The notes below the pieces were generated by a model. That model searched no databases. It was not told where the DNA came from and saw only the letters and a program-made list of their open reading frames with translations. Made by a program: the position numbers and the translations under genes. 64,000 nucleotides of DNA from NCBI GenBank assembly GCA_030704615.1, contig CM060734.1, forward strand, positions 11,718,001-11,782,000, written 5' to 3'. The stretch comes from Takakia lepidozioides (taxonomy: Eukaryota > Plantae > Bryophyta). Shown here piece by piece: positions 51,301 through 62,694 of the stretch (its first letter is position 1; each line of letters opens with the position of its first letter).

Positions 51301-52139
51301 ATTACCTATGATTCCTTGTGGATCAATAGCTACAAGAAACCTGCATGGGTAGATGGTCAACGAAAGGCAGCAGCTGCAGCGGCACAGTTAATAAAAATCA
51401 GGCACCTCAACCATGACCACAGCTTCTGGAAGAGGATCAAGAGAGGGAGTCCACAATGCCTCTTCTGGCCCTTGCTCTTAGTCTTTAGTGCTCTCTCTTT
51501 GCTTAGTTTTTAGTACTTCTCTTGCAGCTTTTTGCTGCTGGTCTTGAAGCAGTGCCTTCCTAGTCAACCTCTATGGCACCTCTATGGCACCGGGTTTGAG
51601 GTTATTTTTTTCCTATGTACTTCTCGTCCCCCTTTATATAATAAAATTTCCAGGGCCTCTGTCCCTGTTCATTATATATGTATATATATATGACTTCTAC
51701 CATAGTCATAATAATGACTGCATCTATTTTCACTCTCCAATAGTAATGCACCACGTGGCAGAAATACAAATGTGTAGAAATACATAATAAAATACATACG
51801 CGCCACGTGTTGCAACCGGATTAGCACGCCCATAGTCATAGTTCACAGTCATGGAGAGCGAACACTTTGCCACGTGTCATTTTCTGTATCGAGCACGTGT
51901 CACTCTTGCACAGCCGCTGACATGGACTACACTATCCGTTCAGTCATTTAGTAAAGCCAGCGTGTATGACTACCCCCACAGCTGCTAAGGCGCCACGTCA
52001 CAGCCAGCTTGGAGAGTCATATCTGTCATGTCACCTGACTAGGCTTTTACGTCTTCAGAGTCAGGAAGTCGTAAATGGCTCCCATAACTGCATTTGCAGT
52101 CATAACACAGAGACGTAAAAGCCGCAATCTATTGTAGTG

Positions 52140-53400
52140 CTGGGAGAAGGGGGAATGCAGCGAGGGAAATGAATGCAGGGCCGATCTTTCAGAGCGACGA
52201 AGCATATTCACGAATCCGGCAAGCCCACTCTCCCAAAAATCCACTGTCAGAGTGTTAATGAACCTTGTCTCCGGAATGCGGTCCCTGGCCTTTGCGCAAT
52301 AACTGCCAACGGTATGCAGTCAGAAGGCTGTAGACCTGTGCAGGTGTGCTGCGCAACCAATAATTGCGGCATCTGACGAAAAGCGTGGGGGGCGAGCGTG
52401 CAAGCACCTTCCCCATGGACAGAGGGAATTGACAGAGTTGGCATTCCAGTGGGTCTGATTGCAAGCTTGAGTGCTAGACCCTTGCAGCCAAAAGTCAACA
52501 TTCAACAAAATGCAACATTGCACAAAAAGTGGAACTTTGGTTCAAAGAAAATATTTTTATTAATAATGAATTGTGACAAGTATGCATGCCCTCACAAGCC
52601 GAGGTAAGTCAAAAGTATGCATGCGATCCATGCTCAGGTAAGTTGGGAATTTGCTCCCGTGTTGCACTGTTGTCACCAAGAAGCTGGAACCTCGATTGGC
52701 CTCTCAACAAGCTCATGACTGACAGAGTGTCGGTAGGTGAAGACAATGGATGCAGCCTGCTCCCCTTTGGTGTAGTGGACAACGATGTCATGTCCTCCGA
52801 TATATGCACCATCGTAAATGGAGATCTTTGTTGTGGAGACTCTATGTCCATAGGACTCATCCTCGTAGCTTATGAGAATGGCCCCATAGACTGTTTGCGA
52901 TGGAATCCTCTCAGGCATGTACGTACACCCAATGCAATCCTCGTAGTCTACTAGCAACACCTCCAATGATACAGGAAGGCCATGTGGCTTTTGGGGATGT
53001 TCCATGCAGGCGGATACTGCAGATCAACGATTCGCAGGCACCAAAGCCGCGCAAGCCCGTCCCCGCGAGGCTGATCGTGGAAGCCAGGAAGGTACTCAAG
53101 AGCGGACAGGTGGACCCGCCTCTGCTGAGAGTGGTCTATCCAATCCTGCAGGAATATGAAAATGTCCCCTGACTTGGGCGAGAAGTCCCACAGGGTGAGA
53201 TGCTTGTTGGGGGGCAACATACAAAAGGTAAAAAAAAATTTGCAATCACAACGCCGATCAATCTTTTGCGCCTCCCCACATCAAAGATCCAGCCGCAAAA
53301 ATGAAACCCCTCCCACAGCAAGCACAACATGACGCACCCTAATGCCATAACTGCTACCCCTCCCATCTCGAAACATTCCCCCTTGAGTACTATTCGCAAT
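52140..53400 (-). mobile_element. Probable 5' part of the MULE interrupted by CACTA element 3
   Basis: Contiguous with 44923 by TSD logic. Broken minus-strand ORFs 52609-52860 and 52673-53005. Outer boundary not identified. Confidence 0.45.
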
Positions 53401-53960
53401 GGCAGTATTGCTCCACCAGCTATCGTGACTGGTATGGTATCAATTTGGGTATATTTGGAACCCTAAACCCTAAGTTCTACACACACCTTGGGTATAGGCT
53501 ACACGACACACCAGCCGGGTTGGTTCTGGCATACCCTTACCTATACCTTGCACATACCCCGGCCGACTGGCACATACCAGTACAACACTGGTTCAAACCC
53601 AAGTTCTTATCACGCAGGTTCTACCAGTAGTTAGGTTTTGAGAAAGACGGTGGATAATCACCGCGTGGTCCTGGATGATAATTGAAGCCTAACTAATTAC
53701 ATGGGAGCGAAGAAAATTGTCGAGGAACACATTATCTTCACATTCACCCATACCGCACGGTCGACAATACACAAGTTGCAACAGTAAAGCTTAGGCGATT
53801 AATTGTTACACTTAGAGACTGGAACTCGCAATAGGCTAAAGCGAATCAAAAATATTGTACCCAAACTGCTAAGGAGTGAAAAATATACCTGGAGCTCCTC
53901 AGGTTGTCCGATCAGACATCCTAGCAAAAATGTGAAGGAGAGTTCGACGAGGAGAGACAT

Positions 53961-54565
53961 CTCCGCTGCCAATACACGGGTTTAGTTGAGCTTCTCACAG
54001 ATCCTAAGAGATGATAGCATTCAAACACCATAACAACGACTCTATGTGAGCACGTCTCTCTCTCTCTCTCTCTTCTGCATCGCCTGGAACAACCTTCCTA
54101 GCGGTACTTTCATCAAACATACTCTAAATCGCGATCGGTAGAGTAAACAGGGACGAAGCCCGTTGACTCGGGGCAGCAACGGGATTCATCCATCCAAAAT
54201 TGACCCTGGGATCGCTATTTAACCCTCCAGGATTAGCAAACTCGCCCTTATAAATAATCGGGGTTGGTCATGCATGCGGTTAGGGACCCGACAAAGCATG
54301 GGGCCCTTCGCCCACATGCAACGCATTATTGCCACGGCCAGCGCCCCCTACCCCCATATCCTGGAACCCGGCCTGCCCGGGTTTTTACGTGTTTAACTAT
54401 TTACTCAACCCAAATAATGTCCACATTAGGAAATTCTCGAAAACAAAGTAAAACTAGCCACGTCTAATAATAAAGTCCACCTGCCACGTGGAAAGGCCTC
54501 CGACATATATGACTCTGGGTCACGTTCGGCCACGTGTCTGGGTACCTAAACCCGCCCGCCCTACA
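53961..54565 (-). mobile_element. Putative 5' LTR plus primer-binding site of a minus-strand LTR element
   Basis: The minus strand starts TGTAGGGCGG at 54565, has a TATA-like TTAAATAG and a (GA)n tract, and is followed by TGGCAGCGGAG (PBS-like, 53971-53961). No second copy. Confidence 0.4.
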
Positions 54566-55004
54566 CTAGTTAACTACCCACACCTACTAACTATCCAGCT
54601 GATGAGTACCTTAACTAAACATTGAGTTAGATACTAACTAGTGGTGAGGGGGTGGTCCTGGGCTCAAATCCGTAGAGCCGATTATCGTACCGTTGAATTA
54701 AGAGGCAAGAGAGCCGTTTGTTGTGGGCAGTGCAACGGACACAGAGAGAAAGGAAGGGTAAAGCGTGCGAGAGTTTGAAATGGCGTCATGTGGGCTTCAC
54801 ATGGAGTGTCAGGAGCGAGGACGACGAAGTGATATCGGTAGAGCATTTCCAGCGTTGTTTTGGGTGATTCAAGGCTAGGCTAGACGGAGCTTTAGTGAGG
54901 TGAGAGAAGCATGAATCATGATGACAGTAATGGGCGAGGCAAAGTAATGGTGGGAGGCAGACATGACAGTTTACAGACCAGCTGTTCCAGTTCGCTGGTC
55001 TCCT

Positions 55005-55362
55005 CATAAATACTGGAGAACTGACTCCACCAGGGCTGTCTAAATCTCTTCGTCTTGTGCTTTGAGCTCTGACTGCACGCAGTCCTCCATCTCTACGTTG
55101 TGTCCTTGATGACTCTGGACAGCTTTTCACAATAGTTCATAGTTCAACCTCTTTTGGATTACCTCCGTCGTTGGAGTAACTGCTCCTCTCCCCCCTCTCT
55201 CTCTCCCTCTCTTGTAGGAGTACTCTCGCTCTCTCGTGAGCTTCCCTCTGCCCTTCCCGTGGACGTTACAGCGCATGATGTCGTTTATGCTCAAAGGCGC
55301 ACTTTAAGTATCTTTTCTCGTGGCGAGTGTCGCTGCGTAGCCATGCTGGGCAAGTCGTGAGA
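55005..55362 (+). promoter_or_regulatory. Putative TATA-like box, CT-rich leader and two short uORFs of the RGF-like gene
   Basis: CATAAATA at 55005-55012; (CT)-rich tract at 55185-55215; uORFs MMSFMLKGAL* (55275-55307) and MLGKS* (55343-55360). Confidence 0.4.
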
Positions 55363-56883
55363 ATGGTCACTACAGGAAATAAGCATATAGGATGCAAAAT
55401 TGTAAAATCGACCACAGTCTTCTGGTGCACCATCACAGCCCTCATGCTGTTGTCTTTCACTTCTGCCAGCCAGCTCCGCACCTCTGGTAAGCCTGTTTGT
55501 GGTGCACTTTTGTCTGTGCCTCTCTCTCGTCTCTCTGTCATTGGGCATCCCTCTCTGGAGAAGTGAAATCTGTTGCACGAAGGTCAGGCAACCAGTGATG
55601 GTGATCTCAAGCAAACGTACATAGACAGCACTTGAAATTCAGGAGATTCCATACGTGGTCCGCGTTGAGATTCTCGTAACATCTCTGTTTTAGGACTCCC
55701 GATGTACCTCATAACCTCCTTCAAATTATTCATATGCGCATTTTCCTTAGGGAATTGTTGGGGAACGGGAAACACTGCCCTAGAGCCCTTGGAGTGCATC
55801 CACGGCTACATGTGGATTGTTTGTTCCAGTATATGATTTGTGTTCGTACATTAGATGAATTATGCATCCTGTGGCAGCTCATGCATTCGATCCAGGCGCT
55901 GAGCATGTGAACGTCATTGAGCAATCTATGTCCCGATGTCTCTGTCTCTTTGCAGCAAGCCCAGTCGTACAGTGTTGGTTCATTTGGCTGCTTTTCTTCC
56001 ACATGTACTGTGCAGGTGGAGAGATTGTTCTCGGCACTCTCATCGACCCTGATGCTGCAGCAATCAAGGAAGTGCTACTGCCTACACTGCAGGCAGTTTT
56101 CTCCCCTGTAAAAACAAAGGTACTTAATAGTGTGCTTTATTCGCCATAGAGAGGATTCAAATCAGGTTCGCTAGATTTTACAGACGTTGGTCCATATCAA
56201 TCTGCCACTTCACTCTAAGACCGTTGATTTGGTTTGCAACTCCAACGCAATGATGAAAACGCTTTCCATTTCACCATCTGGGGGTCATGAAGGACATTAA
56301 ATTTGACGTCAAGAATTTATAGGAGTTGCTCGCGCCACTTCACAGCGGTTGTTTCGCTTCGTGTCAGTAACCGAGCCTAAATTCCCCGGCCCTACAGATC
56401 TTTTGTATGGTGATGTTTCTTGTTTTTTGGTCATCCTTAGTTTCAGAAATGGATCACCCGAACAAGGTTTACCTCGTTGCCTTCTCACATATACGCTTCC
56501 TGATTTGACCTTGGCAGATGCTTAGAGGAAAATTGGCACCATACAGTGCGACACAGCTGCGGCTTAGTATAGCATCGGAGGAGTCTACTCTAAAACCAGG
56601 CCACGTCAATAGAAAGCTTCTGCAAGGGCGTACTCGTATCCGCCGCAGTGTTCATCCATACTGGCGGAGAGTGGGTAGCAGATCCGCCAGTTCTTTGCAG
56701 TCTTTGGTCAGGGTCTTGAAGGGAATGATGGTGGGTAGTGGCAAGACCGAATGTTGCGGTAACAGACCAAGGGCCAGACGTAAACTGCCAGAGAAGAATG
56801 TTTCCGATACTCAGGCTCAGGATTTTGAAGACGACATGATTGACTACAGAGACCCGGAAACACACCCTCCAAGAGGTAATTAG
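55363..56883 (+). CDS. RGF/GOLVEN/CLEL-family sulfated peptide precursor, 3 exons, 197 aa
   Basis: Exons 55363-55486, 56016-56119 and 56518-56883, with GT-AG introns of phase 1 and 0 and 594 nt with no internal stop. Signal-peptide-like MVTTGNKHIGCKIVKSTTVFWCTITALMLLSFTSA, RKLL and RRKL motifs, and a C-terminal 13-mer DYRDPETHPPRGN* (56842-56880) comparable to Arabidopsis RGF1 DYSNPGHHPPRHN. Confidence 0.88.
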
Positions 56884-57899
56884 AGTCCGGAAGCATCTGT
56901 TTGGTTCATGCCGGACCTGGTGTATTATCTCGCATGTGTCACACGGTGGTTGGATTGCGCACAAGATGGACTATTGGGACTGCAGCTACTTTGCTGGAAA
57001 ATGAATAGTGCTTATGCACAAAATCATGGGTGCCTATCGATCGGCCGAACCTTGATTGTCATGCCAAACATTTGAGGTAGTTTCCAGAGCCAAAGAAGAG
57101 CGAAGTGTACACATGCAGTAATAAGGGCTTTATCGGTATGAGCTTGGATTACTAACATATGTAGTTCTGGATACGGTAGTCTAAAAAGCAGGGGGCGAGT
57201 TGGGACAAATGCCTTGGGTAGGTACCTAATGATACAATGATACAACTAGTTTTAAAGTTACACACAATGTCGCATGTACGAACTTAGCTACTGTTACCGA
57301 TATCTCGATTATGTGGGGAAAGGACTTCGAATCACATTTCAGAAGAACATCATGATGGTCCTGTACAATATCAGCTTTATCTATAAAATGCAAGAAGGAA
57401 GGATCTTGAAACTCGTACAGTTGAGAGTTCTCGACAATGTTCATGCAAGTGCTCTCAAAAAAAAGTTTGCACTTGAAACTATGACTCGCCTGAGCTACAG
57501 TGAACCCTCTCTAAACCCTCTCTAAATGTTACCTCCATATATGTTATCTCCTTTATATATCCTCTGGGGGCGGTGGGACCCTTCTAAGAAGGGTGGGACA
57601 CATGTCAGATCCTAATCAGGCCTACTCCCACTATTTGACACCTATACCTTGACTACCCAAATTGGCGTGAACCACCCTCGATTTAATAGGCATCACCTTC
57701 CTGCCGACTTTTTTTGACCTAACATTTCATTCCTTAATCCACTTGGCCTTATTAGATTAGCCCCCGTTATTAATTCCTGGACCACTCTAGAATCAACCGG
57801 GCCCACCCAAACTTGGGGGGCTTATTTCCTACTAGTTGTTATATTAATTAATATTAATGGCTTGGTCCCTTCGTTTCTCTTTGGGGTGCTCCTGGCGCC

Positions 57900-60800
57900 T
57901 TTCCATCCGCAGCTCACTCCGGAGGTCCGTGACTCTCTGTGGTCCGTTTGCTTCGTTCATTCCCATTCTTTCGTTCTCTCCCCGGCTCTTTAGCTCCTAG
58001 ACAGATTCTCTTTGCTCCAATCCTGCTTTTATCCTCTCGATCCTGTCCTCTCGGCAATTTGCCAGACTCTCTCCCTCTATTTCCTCTCAGATGGGTCCCT
58101 ACCCGAACAAAGGCCTCAAGGGCACCACTCAAGGGCGCAGACAACATATATATTCGCCTCCCTGTTTCACGCAAAGCGCAGCCCTCCTCTGGCACAGAGG
58201 CTTCTTCATGACGCATCAAGCGCAGACCAGAATTCCTGACCAGGTGGATCTCGCGCATCTCCGCCCTGGTCCCTCCTCCAGAGTCCAAACCAACCCCGGC
58301 TAATTTTGCAGCCTCTCAACGAGCCTGCTTTCAGTTCACATGGAAGCCCCCAAGGTGACCCCGAGCTGCAGGCAGAACGTACTGAGGATCCCTCAGATCT
58401 TCAACTTGCCATGAGCAAATCTGACCCGCTCATTAATGTCGACTTTGACTTCATCGACAACAATGTCACAGATTTTCAAGGGAGAGGGGTCCTCCTTCAC
58501 TTCCCGGGGAAAAAAGTTGACAGAGTTTTTGTTAGAGATTGGGCCATTCGGCATCTGGGGTGGTTTGGGGGATCTCGACCAGCAATTTTGCCATTCCAGG
58601 GGTACAGGATTCTATTCCATTCTTCTGGACACAAAGGAGGCGGCGGACAAAGCACTATCTTTTAACCCACACCTTCAGGGATTCAATATCAATATTTTTC
58701 CATGGTCGGCGGCGATGGGAAATCGTAATGGCAAGGTATGGGCCCCTCGGATAATTGCCCTTCCATAAATCCTTGATCAATACCTTTTTAGCCTCCCGGA
58801 TATAGGCAACCACTTTGGGGTTTTCCTGGGGTGCCTCTCTGTTTTTTTACCCAGAAATGTGCACAAGGGCACTCAAACAGGAACCAACTTGGAGGGGGGC
58901 CACCATTGCATCAAGGGTCAATGACACAGGTTTTGCAAAAATTGTGGTTAATATGCCGGCAGAAGCAATTCTGCCAGGGTTCATCCGTTTGCCCATTGAC
59001 AGGGAGGGCAACTATTTCTCAGTCAAAATCACGGAAGATACTTCCTCCACAACATGCTACACCTGTGCGCAAACTTGGCACCTGAGGGTGAACTGCCCAA
59101 AAGCGAAGCGGAAGAGGCCCTCTACGAATGGTTCCTACAGTTCTCAGATAGATGCCCCCCTTCACAACAACAGCATTGGGCAGGGCCAAATTGATCCTAA
59201 TCCTAACCAGAAAATCCCCGATGCTACAATCAACTCCCAGAATCATGGTCAAGGGAAATGGGACTGCCTCCTGCAACAATCATCTTCCTCCCCAGCAGTG
59301 AAGAAACGCAAGGAACACATGGACCCGATGATGGTAGAGGCTGCTCCAACGACATCACTGCCAGGCCCCCCTACGGCTGGCCCAGCCAATCGTATGCTGA
59401 TCAGATACCCATTGGTGCACTCCTCCAGGCCACCGGCTCATCATCAAACAACAGACCTCAATCCAAGGAAAGGTGGATCAAACATTGCCATTAACCCAGT
59501 TATAGCAAGGAACTGCGCAAGGAACTGCGCAAGGCTCCGATCCTTCCCAAGCTTGGTGTTAAGGGGATGCTCACAGCTGCAAACTGTGGCAGATCCCAAA
59601 GCCACTTGTATCACTGGGTGAAAGCATGGTAGGGTCGGCCCAAAATGGAAGTCCCAGACAGTTTATTTTTGCATTTTGTATATATAGGACTCAATGAAGA
59701 TGTTAAGTTGGAATTTTTTATGGGTTATGAAGCAAAATCTAGACCATTGTTGACGTTTCGAACATAATGAAATTTGAATCAGACAAATCTGACAAGATTT
59801 GAAAATCCATATAAGTCCATGAGTGCATGAAGCTTGTGCGGTCTCAACGGGTGATATGCCCTTCATGGACTCACTGGGAAATGAATCCAACATCCATTGT
59901 AGATGGAAAATTTAACCACCTTCATTGATCTCCCTTGTTATATGAAAATCTGGTTCAAAGGTCAAAATTTCCTCCCCTACAAGTTTTAGACGTAATTAAA
60001 TATTTATAAATTTCGTGAATTAGCACATCGATTTTGGACATGCAATCTTCATTATTTTTTATATCTCCTTTCACAATAAGATGGATTGAAAGCTTATGGA
60101 GAGAAATATGCCTACAAAATTTAGAATCGAACCCACCTATGAAGACTTGCAAATTTTCAATCTATGAATTGATGTCAATAAAGGGTGAGATTGATAAATA
60201 AACCTAGGGAGGTAGCATGATATCATATGTATGTAGTCTTCAAGGTTTCACAAATAGGTTTGTCTAAACATACATTGTCCATGAAAGTGGAGTCGAGGAC
60301 TCCCAGATTCTGCTAGTTTTGGGTGGACCCTATCCTGCATTGACCCCACTCCACTCATCTTCCGAAAATCAGCATCGGGGCCACTGCTCCAAAGGGGATT
60401 AGCCTGGAGTCCCATTGGATTACTTCAGATGACGTGCAATACTACATGGCCACCTGCCCTATTGACAGCGATCCAATTCCTACTCTAAAAGAAAAAATCC
60501 AAACGATTCTTCACAAATACTCAACTAATTACTTGTTGCAGGCCCACACCATCATCACTTGGGGGGCTTACGTCGAGCAATATCCCTGGCTAATCTCCTC
60601 TCTCACCCCCTCCACTCAGATATTGGCACTTATCAAAGAAAAAGACCTGCTTGGCAACTTCCCTGAAGGCAAAGGTCTCTGGATTCATCTGATCAACCCC
60701 TACAGTCAAGTTGGCGACTATCCGGGCAAGAGACACTATCCACTCTGCCTTCACTCTTCTTCACGCAGTTTTGGAGGCAGAGGTGCACGAACAGAATGAA

Positions 60801-62690
60801 GAGATTGAACTCCAAAGGCTCAGGGAGGTTCATCAGCCCTCATACAACCCAATTGGCCCCGACCCATCTCCCTCCTCATCAGATCAGCAGGAGCATCACC
60901 CTCAAGCTTTCCAGCGCCAGTCACAGTCGCAATCGCCCCCCCCCCCCCCCCCCCCGCTCACAATGCTTGCCGCCTGAGGAGCTTTCTCACTCAGCGGGCT
61001 CCAACGCTGCCCTCGCCTACCCCTATCCCTGTCCAGGTCATCCCCAATCAAGTAAGCCTCAACCACCTCCCTGTCCCCTTCTTGATTTTCTCACCTTCCT
61101 CTAGATGCCAAAATGTTTGCAGAAACCTGTGCCTCAAATCAGCTGTTAAATCTAAAAGTAAGGTCCTGCCTTCTATTGCTTTCCCTGCCAACCTCCAAAC
61201 GTTCTCTTTGACTGTGGATTCCGGGCCCCTCCCTCCTATCACCCTCGCTCCGACCTTTTCACCAATCTCTTGGGATCCATCACTAAGATACACTTGGACC
61301 TTCTCTCCTCGGCCCGTTTCCACCCCATCCCCCTAGTCCCTTCGGCCCCTACGACCCCCTTAACCCAGGTGTTATTCATCGAAATTAGGGGCCCAGTCCC
61401 CAAGGCCCCTCTTGACCACTACTGGATCTCCTCCCCTATCCCTTATGGCAAGCGCACAAAATTCCTTTTCTGTTCCAACAGGCCATCATTTGAGAAATCC
61501 CCTCTCAGCCTGTCCCTCCCCGAAATTGAGGTTAGCATCCACTCGTGGAACATGAGAGGGATTGGCTCTGACCAGGCATGCCTTAAAAAAATTAAACTTC
61601 GCACCTGGTTGGCACCACTCCAACAATCAAAGACCATTGTGTTCCTTCAAGAACATAAACTCTGCCAAAATAAAATTGATAACCTTTCTGACCAGCTGTG
61701 GCCCCTCGTCAACGGTTCTCTGGAAACCTTCCCACCTTGGCTCTAGAGGTGGCACTGCCATCCTGCTGGCGCCTTCCCCGGTCCAATTCATCCTCAAAGA
61801 GGAGGTCTAGGAACCAGGAAGGGTCCAGTTTTGCTCTGTAAAGCTTCCGGGGCAGGCAAACCCTACAGGTTTTGTTAACATTTACGCACCCAACACCTAT
61901 GTGGACAGGGCTGACCTTTGGACTCTCATCTGCAATAAAATGACCTCTCAATAGCTCCCTCATTCCTGGGTGTTAGCCGGTGACTTTAACATGGTTGACA
62001 ATGAACAAGATAGATGGGGCTCTACCTCTCCCCATCTCAACCCTGACGAAGAGGTTCCCTGACAGACTCTTCTCCACACTCATAGCCTCGCCGAGATTGA
62101 TTCACCCCCCCCCCCCCCCCCCCAACCCTACTGGGGTTAACCCATTCTTCACATCATGGTCAAACAACCGCTCTCTACTTGATCTCTGCATGGCCCGTTT
62201 AGACAGAATCTACATCTCCCTATCTATTTCTAATGGGGCAAATCTTCACCCTCAGGAACCTATAGCCAATGGTTTTGATCACCCTTGGTCTCCGCCACCC
62301 TCTCCATGCCTGGTGCAAGGAAAAAGAGCAGAGGTATCTATAGGCTCAATTCTTCGCACCTCGGAATCCCTTCCTTCAAGCTGGGTCTGGAGCAGGCCTG
62401 GAAACAAACAGGTAACAACCTCTCTTGCCCTATTCAGAGATTCTCTCTCAAACTCCAGGCAGCCAGTAAAGCCAGCCAAGACATGAATAGAGAGATTGTT
62501 GCTTACCAGAAGAGACGTTTCCTCGCCCTCAAAAAATGCTTAGCTGTTTGCTAGAAGAAGATTGAAACCAGATCATGCGACGAACATACCTTTCATACTT
62601 ACCTGGAAGCCCGTCAAAACCTGGACTCCTTCCAGCTGTTGCAGGAAGAAAAAATGAGAATGCAAGCTGGGGTTAACTGGTCGTCCAACG
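57900..62690 (+). mobile_element. L1-clade LINE, 5' portion (ORF1 with zinc knuckle, APE endonuclease), decayed and cut before RT
   Basis: ORF1 knuckle CYTCAQTWHLRVNC. APE motifs SWNMRGIG, VFLQEHKL, GGTAILL, NIYAPN, WVLAGDFNMV, ARLDRIYIS and FDHP. Frameshifted; an AT-rich block at about 59660-60300 looks foreign. Confidence 0.88.
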
Positions 62691-62694
62691 ACGC

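Larger units (their letters stand above)
44924..52139. mobile_element. Complete non-autonomous CACTA element 3 (7216 bp) inserted in the MULE, carrying host gene fragments
   Basis: TIRs CACTACAACAAATTGCGGCTTT and (reverse complement) CACTACAATAGATTGCGGCTTT match at 20 of 22. TSD CTG at 44921-44923 and 52140-52142. ATGAC/GTCAT-rich subterminal repeats at both ends. No transposase. Confidence 0.93.

Noticed and set aside
53973-54565. Matching LTR pair with 29487-30104
   Set aside because: The two candidate LTRs share no visible similarity, so a full-length Gypsy cannot be delimited.
54786-55614. Minus-strand ORFs
   Set aside because: Antisense to the leader and first exon of the RGF-like gene, with no recognisable motifs.
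56447-56466. Extra micro-exon in the RGF-like gene
   Set aside because: Its 20 nt would break the frame and leave a 51-nt intron; the 3-exon model is already in frame.
57800-57836. Helitron 3' end (hairpin plus CTAGT)
   Set aside because: No 5' TC boundary or Rep/helicase seen, the surrounding 57310-57870 looks LTR-like, and the upstream exons form an intact gene rather than captured pieces.
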